NCBI GenBank assembly: GCA_018221285.1
Contig: JAAOYJ010000003.1
Span: 87,030 to 151,029 of the forward strand
Direction: 5' to 3'
DNA length: 64,000 nucleotides
From: Candidatus Pacearchaeota archaeon
GTDB taxonomy: Archaea > Nanobdellota > Nanobdellia > Pacearchaeales > GW2011-AR1
Part shown: piece after piece, positions 1-9,981 of the stretch
Layout of the letters: every line of letters starts with the position of its first letter
How positions within the stretch are numbered: position 1 is the first letter of the stretch
The notes under the pieces: generated by a model
Seen by the model: only the letters and a program-made list of their open reading frames with translations
What the model was told of the DNA's origin: nothing
Database searches by the model: none
Position numbers and translations under genes: made by a program

Positions 1-91
1 CCCAACAGTCAGGCACAGTCATTTTTTCTTTTGCGTCTAAAACCTCAAATTCATCCCCATTAATTTGTATTTTTTGATTATTCACTGACAT
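1..91 (-). CDS. partial ORF (first 30 codons, continues past window start) overlapping the 3' end of the m5C methyltransferase gene; candidate restriction-enzyme partner
   Basis: ATG at 91..89 overlaps the last 14 nt of the methyltransferase CDS. Frame stays open to position 1 (MSVNNQKIQINGDEFEVLDAKEKMTVPDCW). Too short for motif assignment. Confidence 0.3.
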   Translation of the reverse strand, partial: MSVNNQKIQINGDEFEVLDAKEKMTVPDCW

Positions 92-1316
92 GATTCTCTA
101 TCCCTATCGAATTTAATAAATTTATCAGTACATCTACAACAATAGCATTTCCTGCCTGTTTATATGATTGAGTATCACTTACAACTATTTTAAACCGATC
201 GTCAAAACCCATTAATCTCAAACATTCTCTCGGAGTAAGTTTTCTTATCTTCCCTCCTTTTTTGATATAGTTATCAATTCCTGCCCGATGCATCTTCGCC
301 ATTGTTGCTAAAAGGGGTCTTGCAACCTTCAGATTAAATTTGGGTTTACTATAAAAATTTTTAGTTCCTGAAGAAGCAACATATTTTGCAACTTTCTCAG
401 ATAAGAAATATTTTTTATCTACCTTGCTTTTTGGGAATTCCATTATAAAATCTCCATGCCAATTAAATTGTTGGTTTCTTTTTTGACATAATGCTATTTC
501 TCCATTGATCTGTGTCCACTTTTTTTTAAGATTCTTCTCTTTCGTGACAAATGCGCTCCCTTTTACCGGAAGAAAATATTTTGGATTAGGGTTATCTTCT
601 AGTAAATCCTGCATAGTGAGTTTAAGTTTGACAGGCTCAGGAAATTTAAAATTTTTAATTGGTTTTCGGAACCCTACAACAAACATCCGCCCCCTATTTT
701 GAGGGATTCCATAATCTTTTGAATTTAAAATTCCTACATGGAAATCATATCCTGTTGACTCAAATTCTTCTTTAAGTTTTTGCCACGTTTCACTTTTTCC
801 ATGATTCATAATCCCTCTAACATTTTCGTAAATGAAAACTTTTGGTTGAATTTCTTTGATAAGTCTAGCAAATTCGTAAATTAAAAGTCCTCTTGGGTCC
901 TCAAGGCCTTTTCTTTTTCCAACCATCGAAAATGATTGGCATGGACTCCCTCCAACAAATAAATCCACCTTACCTTTATACTTTTTCCCGTCAACATCAT
1001 GAATATCCTCGATCCACCTATCTTCAGAAATATCATAGTTTTCAAAATAACTTTGTTTGCAGAATTTATCGTTATCACATGCAAAAACAATTTTTGTAGG
1101 AATATTCATTCTTTTCAAAGCATATTCAATAGCCCCTATTCCACTAAAAACGGTTGCGACCCTTACTCTTCTATTTTTCTTTCTTTTATTTGAAGGAGTA
1201 GTAGCTCTCTTATTAGAACAGATTTTTGAACAAGTTATTGCTCTTTTAGTTCTACCTTTAGATATCTCTTTTCCACATTCAATACACACTCTTTTTTCAT
1301 ATTCCTCTTTTTTCAT
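78..1316 (-). CDS. DNA (cytosine-5)-methyltransferase with N-terminal Cys-rich extension
   Basis: Canonical order of motif I FSGIGA, motif IV GGSPCQSFS, motif VI ENV, motif VIII QNRGR, motif X GNAIVV. N-terminal CIECG...CSKICS. Confidence 0.92.
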   Translation of the reverse strand: MKKEEYEKRVCIECGKEISKGRTKRAITCSKICSNKRATTPSNKRKKNRRVRVATVFSGIGAIEYALKRMNIPTKIVFACDNDKFCKQSYFENYDISEDRWIEDIHDVDGKKYKGKVDLFVGGSPCQSFSMVGKRKGLEDPRGLLIYEFARLIKEIQPKVFIYENVRGIMNHGKSETWQKLKEEFESTGYDFHVGILNSKDYGIPQNRGRMFVVGFRKPIKNFKFPEPVKLKLTMQDLLEDNPNPKYFLPVKGSAFVTKEKNLKKKWTQINGEIALCQKRNQQFNWHGDFIMEFPKSKVDKKYFLSEKVAKYVASSGTKNFYSKPKFNLKVARPLLATMAKMHRAGIDNYIKKGGKIRKLTPRECLRLMGFDDRFKIVVSDTQSYKQAGNAIVVDVLINLLNSIGIENHVSE

Positions 1317-1400
1317 ATTATCTATAACCTCTTTAAGATTTTAAGTTTATCTATCCATCCTAAAACCACTCCATCCAACATCTCTTTAATCCACCACCAA

Positions 1401-4400
1401 TCATATAAAATCCCCCAACCCCGTTTGCTTCTCCAACTCTCTCCCAAAAATACTCTCGATATATCTTTTTACTAACTCTAGGTTCTGTTGCATGTAAGGA
1501 GAAAGATTATACTTCTTTGCCAATTCAATAGCAGGCTCGAGGTATTTCTTAATTCCGCCCTCATGTATTGTAAAAATTATCTTTCCATTACATCTAACAC
1601 ATGTCCCTTTCAAAGGTGGTCTCCTCATTATCTCATTACACGCAACACACCTAAAGCCTTGCATTGAAAACTGCCTCAAATTACCTCTCATATCTCTAAT
1701 GAAGTGTCTTTCAATAATCAACCTCGCAGTATCAGCAGTGTCAGCAGACCTCAGCCTCTCAACAAGTTCCATCTGGTGCTTAACCTTCTCAGCCATTGTC
1801 GGAAAAATCTTATACGACGAACAAACAACTCCATCATTAAAATTCGATGTAGCATGTGTAAACCCAACCCCAACAAACGGATCCTTCCCTTCTTTCAAAA
1901 TATCCTTACATATCTTAATCCCCTCCACCTTCGAAGAATGCTCTCTTTTCTCTGCTCTCTCATAAAGATTCAAAGGGTAATGGCCTTCTGGAACATATTC
2001 AAAATCAAGAATCTGGTCATCAACCTCTCCTGCATCAATCTTTGCATTCAAAACCAACGGAGCATCCTGTGTTCCCCCTCGATGACTCGGCAAAAACTTC
2101 CTTGAGAAATTCAACAATACATCTCCCAAAAGCATTATCGCAGCCTCGTCACCATCACATTGTGCACTAACAATCGAATTCCCAACAACCAGGTGATTTT
2201 CGGTATCAACATTTAAACAATAACTTTCCTTCTTTCCAATATCTTTAATAAAAACAATTGGATCATAGACAAAATTCTTATCATAATCAATTCTCATTCC
2301 TCTAAAACTTTTCTTAACAAGGTAATCAAAAATCTTTTTCTTTCTTAAGGATAAAAAACTTATCCCTTTAAAATTGTCGACAAAATCAGGACCAATAACT
2401 AATTTAGTTATTCTAAACTTTGAGATATCTCTTTTTTTCTTGATATAAAATTCTCTTAATTTCGGACCAGGTTGTTTTTCATATTCATATCTTTTAGCAA
2501 AAATTCCAAATCTCGCCAAACAAAATTCCAAATCATACAATAAACCCTCACTAACACTATCACAAGTTACCCTCCTATCTGATTTACTTACAGAACCATC
2601 TCCTTCAAAATAACCTCTTAAAACTGCAGATAATTTATTCAAAGGCAAATCTAAAAACATGCCAGGAATTCTTTTATCCTTTGCTTTACTCCCACATTCC
2701 AAAATTTTTGTGAAAAACAAATATAAAACCTTTGAAGAAAAAGTAACCCTATCTTTTTTATTTTCACTTGGTTTTAATCCAAAATGTTTTTTTATTATCT
2801 TAGCTATAAACTTCCTTAACAACTGATCTTCTGAAGAAATATAAACTTGATTCAAACCTTTTTTTCCGCCAACACTTCTTGCATATCCTTCGGCGATATA
2901 TAATCCAATAACTTCTAAAAGCTCTTTTTCTAATTTAACAATTATTGGAACTTCCACAGTATCTCTCTTAGCCACAAGTTTACCTTTTCTAAAAACCTCT
3001 TTCCTTAATCTTTCGTTCAAATCCAAGACAAAACAAAGCGGATAACTATCTCTTAATTTATAATTCATAAATTGTTTTTTGGTAATCTTCAACTTATCAA
3101 GAATCATTTTATTTTCCCTATCACTTAATTTTAAAAGAATCTTACCAATCCCCCTTATCATTAATTTTTCATGCCTCAACAATTCAGCTAAATTAATATT
3201 CTTTAAGTCTCTCGATTTAATCTTAATTCTCCACGGTAAAGGTAATTTATCTCCTATCTTGAGTGAAGATGTACGTTTAATTTTTCCATCAACTAAAAAC
3301 TTATGATTTTCTGTAACAATTATCTTTTTACCTAAAGCCGTCTTAATCTCAAACATAGAATTTTTTGAATGTTTAGTAAAATTATTTATTTTAATATTTT
3401 TTAACTCCTTATCAAACCCTATAGTTTCAAAACCTTTAACGTTCTTTTCTTTTGTTCCATAATCGTCTACTAATTTATTTGGTTTTAATCCTTCAACCAA
3501 TTCGCCAATTTTTTCAATTTTCCATAAGCCATTTCTTTTTATTGGAAGATAAGTGTTATAATCAAAACAATCTCTCCGAATCGCCGCATGCATATACGGA
3601 CTTGCATAAAGCCCCAACGCATTTGAAAAACCAATAAATCTACAAATCACCCCCGCACAATTATGGGGTGCCATACAAACACCTAACCTCCCAATCAAAT
3701 CCTCTTTCTTCTTAAGATTATAAAACGGCTTCAGTCCATAAAACCTCACAAGCAAATCATCAACAAAATTCGCAATCTTCATAAAAACATCATCTGCCTT
3801 CTCATCAGGAGTCTCTGGCGAATTCGGCAACAAAATATCATGGGGCATCAACTCCAAAATCTGCTCATCATTAACCAAATCCTTTCCATACATATCCTTA
3901 TCATAACCCAACTCCTTCAACTTCTCAATACTAACTGAAATCTCCTTCGGCTTAAAACTAACCAACGGCAACTCAGTCGCATCAAACCGAACAGTCCCGT
4001 CCTTGTTAACCTGCAACTCATGCTTCGCCCTCAAAATTCCTTTTCCAAGATTCTCAATCATCCTATCCTCTGACGAAGTTCCCCGAACACCTTTAATCAA
4101 CAAAGGAATCTCCTCTTTCTTCAACCCCAATCTCTTTACAGCGTCATCAAAATAATGCCCAACCTCAACCTGCCGACTCTGATACGGCGTCCCCTCTCTC
4201 TCCTCATCTTCCTTAACCTTATCAAAAGACTTCTCCTTTGTCTTATAAAAATAATACATTCTCTCACACTTCTGATTACAAACCTCACACTTCGGATAAA
4301 TCGTCTCCTTCTCACATTTCTTACAATGATAAAGTGGGAAAGGGCTCCTCACAAAACCAACATCACACGCAGCCTGCACACTCCTCAATCTCCCTCCTTC

Positions 4401-6287
4401 CTTTCCAACAGGAAACAAAACATTCGGGCTCCCAGTCAACTTCCGAACTTTTGCCTTCTCAGGCCTTCCCATCCGAGTCCCAATAAAATCACCTGCTTTA
4501 TCCTTAATTTCAAACTTTGATAATTCATTAACAATCTTCAACACATCATCCCCTTCAAATTTCTTGCCCCTTAATTTCACAATTTGGGGTACACCAGGCG
4601 GTGTCGATTCAATCTCATCAACATTCTTAATTCCCAAATTAACCATCAAAGCCCTACTATCTTCCCCACCCATCACAACATTCTCAATTGTAACTTCATG
4701 TTCAATTCCCAACAATTCAAGCGCCCTCTTCCCAACTTCAAACTCTTCCTGTTCTGTCTTGTTATATGGAAAAACCAATTTCCCTTCAGAGATTCTTGAA
4801 TGTTTTAACCATTCAACCAAGCCCAAAAACTGCTCTTTAGAAATCTCTGTCCAATAAAAAATAAAACTAGGGTGTAATGGAATGTTATACTTTTTTGATA
4901 GCCCAATTGCTTCATCCAAACTAACTTTATAAGAATCCCCTACTTCTCCGCCTGCCTTTTTTAATTCAAGTTCCCACCATTCCTCAACATAACCAGGTTT
5001 AAGCAAACTAGAATTCCTATTCAACACATCACTAAACGCAAACAAGATATCACCTAAATAAATTATCTCTTCAACGTTCTTGTAAATCTTCCTCGCCTCC
5101 TCTTTTGTGTGAATTTTTTTTACACTACCCGAAACTAGTTTCACAATCGGACCATCAATAGAGTCACACACCGTCGTTATAGTACCTTTAACAGGTTTTT
5201 CTGTTTTCAGTTGAGTTCCAATTGCAATAAAATCATCTGTTATCGCCATTGTCGCCGGATGAACACTTGCCGCACTAAATCCTGCAACCCTACTTCTCCC
5301 ATATCTGAATCTAAACCCTCCTGAACGCGAAGGATGTCCAAACACAGGCCTTCCTGCAACCAAATCCTGAATATAAGTTGGAGAATCATCAACAGCACCC
5401 TTCTCCCTTTTCTCATGAAGCTCAAGATATTCTGGAATCCAATCAAACCCTGTCGCTTTAATGCCATCCTTCTTCGCTTTAGTCAATAATCTAAAACCTT
5501 TTGCTGCTTTCTGAGCCAAACCTTCTGAAAAACACAAACACATCCCCCCCCGAATATAATCTGTATCAACTCTCTCAAGATTCTTATAATTCGAAACCTC
5601 CAATTTCTCTGTCTTCTCTCCAGCAATCTGAATCGGAATATGCTTCGCTAAAAAAGCCATCTCCTCTTCTGTTGGAAGATACTGCAAATTAGTAATCCTG
5701 CCATGATAATCCATATTCTCTGTAACATATCTCTTAACCTCATCTTCATTAGGATCATACTTGGCATAACCAAACAATTCTCTCAAATAATCAATCAACA
5801 TTAATGCCAAACAAGTAGCAGTTGTACCCGCGCTCCGAATAGGCCCGCTAAAATAAGCAATAAAATAATCCTTCCCTTCTCTTGTCTTACCTAATTTCAA
5901 TTCAGTATAACCTTCAATCGGAGACGCAACAACCCCGAGAGTCGTATAAGCAAAACCAATCCTTATCCCCGCATCAATCGCCTGAACCAAACTCTCAAAT
6001 TTACAAAACTTCTGCTTCGCGACTTCCTCAGCAATCACAAACACAATCGTCGGATCCATCTTCCCATATTTCCTCTCCAACTCAAGAATCCTCTTATCAA
6101 CACCACAACCAACCAACTGCGGATAAATCGTCCCTATCAGCGCCACAACCTTCTCAGCCATGGTTTTCGCTAACGGAATCTCAACCCTGTCAACAGGATC
6201 AAGCCCCTTAGCCCTTGCCTCTTCCATGGCCTTGTAGACCTTTCTAACGTCCTTTTCCAAGTTTGTGAAGTATTGTTCAGTGTTCAT
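1401..6287 (-). CDS. polC: DNA polymerase II (PolD) large subunit DP2, interrupted by an intein
   Basis: 1628 aa. Removing the intein leaves 1158 aa and restores the RRD|CDGDE catalytic motif. Internal and C-terminal Cys4 zinc modules (CKKCEKE..CEVCNQKC, CVACN..CVRCNG). ATGA overlap with the upstream gene. Confidence 0.95.
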   Translation of the reverse strand: MNTEQYFTNLEKDVRKVYKAMEEARAKGLDPVDRVEIPLAKTMAEKVVALIGTIYPQLVGCGVDKRILELERKYGKMDPTIVFVIAEEVAKQKFCKFESLVQAIDAGIRIGFAYTTLGVVASPIEGYTELKLGKTREGKDYFIAYFSGPIRSAGTTATCLALMLIDYLRELFGYAKYDPNEDEVKRYVTENMDYHGRITNLQYLPTEEEMAFLAKHIPIQIAGEKTEKLEVSNYKNLERVDTDYIRGGMCLCFSEGLAQKAAKGFRLLTKAKKDGIKATGFDWIPEYLELHEKREKGAVDDSPTYIQDLVAGRPVFGHPSRSGGFRFRYGRSRVAGFSAASVHPATMAITDDFIAIGTQLKTEKPVKGTITTVCDSIDGPIVKLVSGSVKKIHTKEEARKIYKNVEEIIYLGDILFAFSDVLNRNSSLLKPGYVEEWWELELKKAGGEVGDSYKVSLDEAIGLSKKYNIPLHPSFIFYWTEISKEQFLGLVEWLKHSRISEGKLVFPYNKTEQEEFEVGKRALELLGIEHEVTIENVVMGGEDSRALMVNLGIKNVDEIESTPPGVPQIVKLRGKKFEGDDVLKIVNELSKFEIKDKAGDFIGTRMGRPEKAKVRKLTGSPNVLFPVGKEGGRLRSVQAACDVGFVRSPFPLYHCKKCEKETIYPKCEVCNQKCERMYYFYKTKEKSFDKVKEDEEREGTPYQSRQVEVGHYFDDAVKRLGLKKEEIPLLIKGVRGTSSEDRMIENLGKGILRAKHELQVNKDGTVRFDATELPLVSFKPKEISVSIEKLKELGYDKDMYGKDLVNDEQILELMPHDILLPNSPETPDEKADDVFMKIANFVDDLLVRFYGLKPFYNLKKKEDLIGRLGVCMAPHNCAGVICRFIGFSNALGLYASPYMHAAIRRDCFDYNTYLPIKRNGLWKIEKIGELVEGLKPNKLVDDYGTKEKNVKGFETIGFDKELKNIKINNFTKHSKNSMFEIKTALGKKIIVTENHKFLVDGKIKRTSSLKIGDKLPLPWRIKIKSRDLKNINLAELLRHEKLMIRGIGKILLKLSDRENKMILDKLKITKKQFMNYKLRDSYPLCFVLDLNERLRKEVFRKGKLVAKRDTVEVPIIVKLEKELLEVIGLYIAEGYARSVGGKKGLNQVYISSEDQLLRKFIAKIIKKHFGLKPSENKKDRVTFSSKVLYLFFTKILECGSKAKDKRIPGMFLDLPLNKLSAVLRGYFEGDGSVSKSDRRVTCDSVSEGLLYDLEFCLARFGIFAKRYEYEKQPGPKLREFYIKKKRDISKFRITKLVIGPDFVDNFKGISFLSLRKKKIFDYLVKKSFRGMRIDYDKNFVYDPIVFIKDIGKKESYCLNVDTENHLVVGNSIVSAQCDGDEAAIMLLGDVLLNFSRKFLPSHRGGTQDAPLVLNAKIDAGEVDDQILDFEYVPEGHYPLNLYERAEKREHSSKVEGIKICKDILKEGKDPFVGVGFTHATSNFNDGVVCSSYKIFPTMAEKVKHQMELVERLRSADTADTARLIIERHFIRDMRGNLRQFSMQGFRCVACNEIMRRPPLKGTCVRCNGKIIFTIHEGGIKKYLEPAIELAKKYNLSPYMQQNLELVKRYIESIFGRELEKQTGLGDFI
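2160..3569 (-). mobile_element. 470-aa intein with LAGLIDADG homing-endonuclease domain inside polC
   Basis: Starts with Cys1 (CFDYNTYL) and has block B TENH. LAGLIDADG motifs LLEVIGLYIAEGYA and LSAVLRGYFEGDGSV. Ends VVGNSIVSAQ, followed by the +1 Cys of CDGDE. Boundaries checked on nucleotides: TGT at 3569..3567, CAA at 2162..2160, TGT at 2159..2157. Confidence 0.88.
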
Positions 6288-7114
6288 CTCAATTCCTCCA
6301 TCGTCCTCTTCATCTCCAACGCCCCAATATCCTGTGTATTTTTAGATTCAGATATCAGAGTCGGCGCCATCTTAAACTCTTTAATCAAATTAGCAAAAGA
6401 TTCAAATCTCGGAAAAACATTCTCCTCTGTAACAGCCCTATGAACTCTCTCCCCTTTTTCTGTGAATTCAATCGGATAAAAATGGCAATGCAAATCCTTC
6501 AGCGACTTCTTTCCCAACCTCTTTTCAATCTCAACTAAAACCTTTCTAAAATCATCCTCTTCCATCAAACTTCCCTGCCCTCTTGCATGAAGATGCGCAA
6601 AATCAATACAAGGCTCGCATTCAGTATTTTCACAAATCTCCAAAACCTCATTCAAATCCCCTGATTGTGAAATCTTCCCTGTTGTCTCCGGACAAATCAC
6701 AACCGACTTCGGCTTCTCCTTTTCAACTTCCTTTAAACCTTCAATAATCTTTTTTATGTCTCTTCCAAAACCTGGATGAAATACAACCTTCTTAGCCCCC
6801 ATCAAATCTGCCAAACGAGTAGTCTTAATCAACTCCTTTATTGAATTCTCAATCACCTTTTCTTTCTTACTATTCAAAACAACATAATAAGGACCATGAA
6901 TAGATAACGAAACTCCAAACTTCCTCGCTCTCTTCCCAAATTCAATTGCGTCATCCTCCTTCATCCGAGCACCATAAGTCATCTGCCTTTCCTGAGCATT
7001 CAACCCCAGCTTCGCACTCCATTCTATAACTCCCAACCTATCCTTTCCGAACTCTGACTTAAAAAAATTCAAAGGATTTCCCGACGCTCCAAATTTTATT
7101 TTATTGAAGTTCAT
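6284..7114 (-). CDS. AP endonuclease family 2 (Endo IV / xylose-isomerase-like TIM barrel) protein
   Basis: Endo IV-like metal-ligand pattern IHGPYY, VFHPGF, CPETTG, CIDFAHLHARG, HCHF. ATGA overlaps with both flanking PolD genes. Confidence 0.55.
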   Translation of the reverse strand: MNFNKIKFGASGNPLNFFKSEFGKDRLGVIEWSAKLGLNAQERQMTYGARMKEDDAIEFGKRARKFGVSLSIHGPYYVVLNSKKEKVIENSIKELIKTTRLADLMGAKKVVFHPGFGRDIKKIIEGLKEVEKEKPKSVVICPETTGKISQSGDLNEVLEICENTECEPCIDFAHLHARGQGSLMEEDDFRKVLVEIEKRLGKKSLKDLHCHFYPIEFTEKGERVHRAVTEENVFPRFESFANLIKEFKMAPTLISESKNTQDIGALEMKRTMEELR

Positions 7115-8685
7115 TCCCCTTCCCTCTCAAAATCCAAAACCTTAACAGCCCTCGTTTTCAAATTGAACATTGGAACCTTGCAATGATCTGGAGTATTCCC
7201 AAACTTCTCTTGATAAGGAGTCATAGATTCCCAACAAGATGTTGAAATCATCAAAATATTATTATAATAAGAAACAGAACTCTTGTGTGTGTGGCCTGAA
7301 ACGAAAATGTCTGGGATTGTTCTTATGAGGTGCGCGTCTTTCTCTAAAGGATAATATTGTGCAGATGCGTGCGTCGGAGCCAAGTGCCTATTCTGTAACA
7401 GATATTTCATAATTAAATCGGGATGGTCGGCTACTTTCTTTTTTATCAAATGAGGAATTGCTTTAGCATAATGAAAAAACGAAAATCCATGATAAGATAA
7501 AATATCAAAACCATTAAAATCTTGCTTAGCCCCAATATTCACAGACGCAGGATTATTCGTCAGGATTACATTCTTCATATTGTAAAGTGGCCATGCATAC
7601 TTTTCATCAAGAAATGGCTGCGGCTCCATAAGCCGAACACAATCATGATTCCCTGGAGAAATAATTATCTTCACATCTCTTCTAATCTTTCCAAACAAAT
7701 TCGCAATACTCGAAAACTGCTCCTCAACATCTTTAATCTTCAAGTCCCTTTCTTGGCCAGGATAATTTCCAATACCCGTAACCAAATCCCCTGCAACAAA
7801 CAAATATTTTATTTTATCAACCTCTGGCGTATTCGGAACCTTTCCATTAAGATAATCTATAAATCTCAAAAAACCATCTTCCAAAAACCTCTTACTTCCA
7901 TAATGCAAATCTCCAATAAACAAAACATTCTCATCATATGGAGACTTCTTTCTCTCATAAAGTGTAGACTCTGGAAAAACGACATCATTCACAAAAAGAA
8001 TCTCCCGATTCCCTGAACCTTTAAACCCAATCACAGAATCAAGCGCAATCTCCTCCGCCTTCTTGTAAATCTCCTCCTTATCCTTATTAACCAACACTCT
8101 TATCTTCCCTGTCAAATCCTCTATCTCAAACAAAATATTCTTATTCTTAGTTACTTTCTTATCAGAAACAATTCCAATCAAAGAAATCCCTTGCCTACTC
8201 CCAGAAATCTTATTTATTGAAACCAAATTATCAAGCTGCCCGTGCCCTTGTAAAAGATTTCTCATCTCTGAAAACCGATTCCTAAAATAGGTCACAAAAT
8301 TCTTCACTTCAACTTTCTTATTCTGCTCAAAAACTGTTGGAACATACTTAACATTTGACAATTCCTCTTTTTTCTCAAAATTCTCTATCTTCGTTGAAAC
8401 CTCTTTCGAAATCTCTATACTCAAACCCAATTTAATCTTTAACTTCTCCTGACTCTCCTTCGGCAAATCCAAAAGAATTCTATTCACCTGCTCATTATTT
8501 TGGCTAAAAATCCCTTTTGTGATAACACTCTGCTGCGTATGTTGCTTAATCTTCCCTATCATCAACTTTACAGATTCAACATCCTCAACACCACTAAACA
8601 AATCCAAAACCTCATTATCCACTAAAAGTCCCTTTTGCAAAAAAAACTTCAACAACTCCTTATTACCAATTTTATTCTTTTCCAT
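7111..8685 (-). CDS. polB: DNA polymerase II (PolD) small subunit DP1
   Basis: Calcineurin-like phosphoesterase motifs GDLHYGS, GNHD, GHTH in the C-terminal half, with an OB-like middle region. Directly abuts the orc1 stop codon. Confidence 0.9.
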   Translation of the reverse strand: MEKNKIGNKELLKFFLQKGLLVDNEVLDLFSGVEDVESVKLMIGKIKQHTQQSVITKGIFSQNNEQVNRILLDLPKESQEKLKIKLGLSIEISKEVSTKIENFEKKEELSNVKYVPTVFEQNKKVEVKNFVTYFRNRFSEMRNLLQGHGQLDNLVSINKISGSRQGISLIGIVSDKKVTKNKNILFEIEDLTGKIRVLVNKDKEEIYKKAEEIALDSVIGFKGSGNREILFVNDVVFPESTLYERKKSPYDENVLFIGDLHYGSKRFLEDGFLRFIDYLNGKVPNTPEVDKIKYLFVAGDLVTGIGNYPGQERDLKIKDVEEQFSSIANLFGKIRRDVKIIISPGNHDCVRLMEPQPFLDEKYAWPLYNMKNVILTNNPASVNIGAKQDFNGFDILSYHGFSFFHYAKAIPHLIKKKVADHPDLIMKYLLQNRHLAPTHASAQYYPLEKDAHLIRTIPDIFVSGHTHKSSVSYYNNILMISTSCWESMTPYQEKFGNTPDHCKVPMFNLKTRAVKVLDFEREGE

Positions 8686-9981
8686 TTAATTATAATTTAA
8701 AAAATCCTCGATAATTTTCTTAGCCTCTTTCACAAGATTGTCTGTTATCGCCAAATTTATCTCCCTCATCCTCCCATGCCTTCCTTTCGAAATAACTCTA
8801 ACATTAATAATTCCCAACATATCAAACTCCTGAACAATATCCCCCACCCTTCTCTGAGTCAAAATATCTGTTTTATTCTCTTTACACAAATTCTGATAAT
8901 AATTATAAACATCTCCTGTAAAAATCGGCTCATTCTTTCTCTCTTCAATCAACTTAATAATCGAATACAAAACCAACTGAAATTGCTTCGGCTCAGATTT
9001 AATAACATCTAAAATCTTATCCCTCTCAATTTTACTATTTGCCTCATCAATATGTTTCAACAAAATCCTCTTTGAACCACTCCTTTCTGCCAACTCTCCT
9101 GAAATCCTCAACAAATCCAACGCCCTTCTCGCATCTCCATGCTCCCGAGCAGCAAACGCAGCACACTTAGCAACCACACCTTCTTGCACAATACCGTCTA
9201 CAAACGCCTCCTTAGACCTCTTATTCAAAATTTCCTGCAATTGCAACGCGTTATACGGTGGAAACACAATCTCCTCTTCTGAAAGCGAACTCCGAACCCT
9301 TGGATCAAGCTCGTCTAGAAAAGTCAAATTATTACTAATCCCAACCACACAAATCTGGGTCTTCGAAAGCTCAGAATTAAGCCTCGTCAAATTATATAAA
9401 AAATTATCTGAAATCTTCTTAACTGTCTGGTCAATCTCATCAAGAACCAAAACAATCAACTGTTTTTCAGAATCAATCAATTCAATAAACCTACTATAAA
9501 CCGTCTGCGTCGGCAAACCAGTCGAAGGCACCTCTCCACCCAACTTCTTAATCAACTCTGCTAAAATTCTATATTCTGTATCTGAAACCTTCTTCAATTT
9601 ACAATTCAAATACTCAATCCTTAACTCAAAATCAGATTCTTCTTTAACTCTCTTCAAAAGCGCCTCCCTAACATACTGTATCGAAAGCGTCTTCCCTGTC
9701 CCTGTCTTACCATAAAGAAACAAATTACTCGTTCTCTCACCTTTCAAAACCGGCGCAAGTATCGACGCCATCTGCTTTATCTGCTCATCCCGATGAATAA
9801 TATCTTCTGGCTGATGATTCGACTGCAAAACAGCCTTATCTTTAAAAATACGATTCTTATTGAACGACTCAAATATATTATCAAGATCTTTTATCATTTT
9901 ATTATTTAAAACTACTAGATACCCTCGATACCCAGACACGTTTGTTTCGTATGGAGATTTTTTGAATTTTGAAAACTCCAA
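8686..9981 (-). CDS. cdc6: Orc1/Cdc6 replication initiator
   Basis: Walker A GKTGTGKT, Walker B VLDEID, sensor and C-terminal winged-helix region. The ORF-track start at 9981 is TTG; an ATG alternative lies at 9896 (MIKDLDNIF). Confidence 0.93.
   Translation of the reverse strand: MEFSKFKKSPYETNVSGYRGYLVVLNNKMIKDLDNIFESFNKNRIFKDKAVLQSNHQPEDIIHRDEQIKQMASILAPVLKGERTSNLFLYGKTGTGKTLSIQYVREALLKRVKEESDFELRIEYLNCKLKKVSDTEYRILAELIKKLGGEVPSTGLPTQTVYSRFIELIDSEKQLIVLVLDEIDQTVKKISDNFLYNLTRLNSELSKTQICVVGISNNLTFLDELDPRVRSSLSEEEIVFPPYNALQLQEILNKRSKEAFVDGIVQEGVVAKCAAFAAREHGDARRALDLLRISGELAERSGSKRILLKHIDEANSKIERDKILDVIKSEPKQFQLVLYSIIKLIEERKNEPIFTGDVYNYYQNLCKENKTDILTQRRVGDIVQEFDMLGIINVRVISKGRHGRMREINLAITDNLVKEAKKIIEDFLNYN

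Noticed and set aside
1699-6211. Numerous 60-130-aa ORFs on the plus strand inside the polC region (for example 1704-2105, 4155-4520, 5882-6211)
   Set aside because: They are antisense to a strongly supported 1628-aa gene, have low-complexity S/L/P/I-rich translations and carry no motifs. They are typical shadow ORFs.
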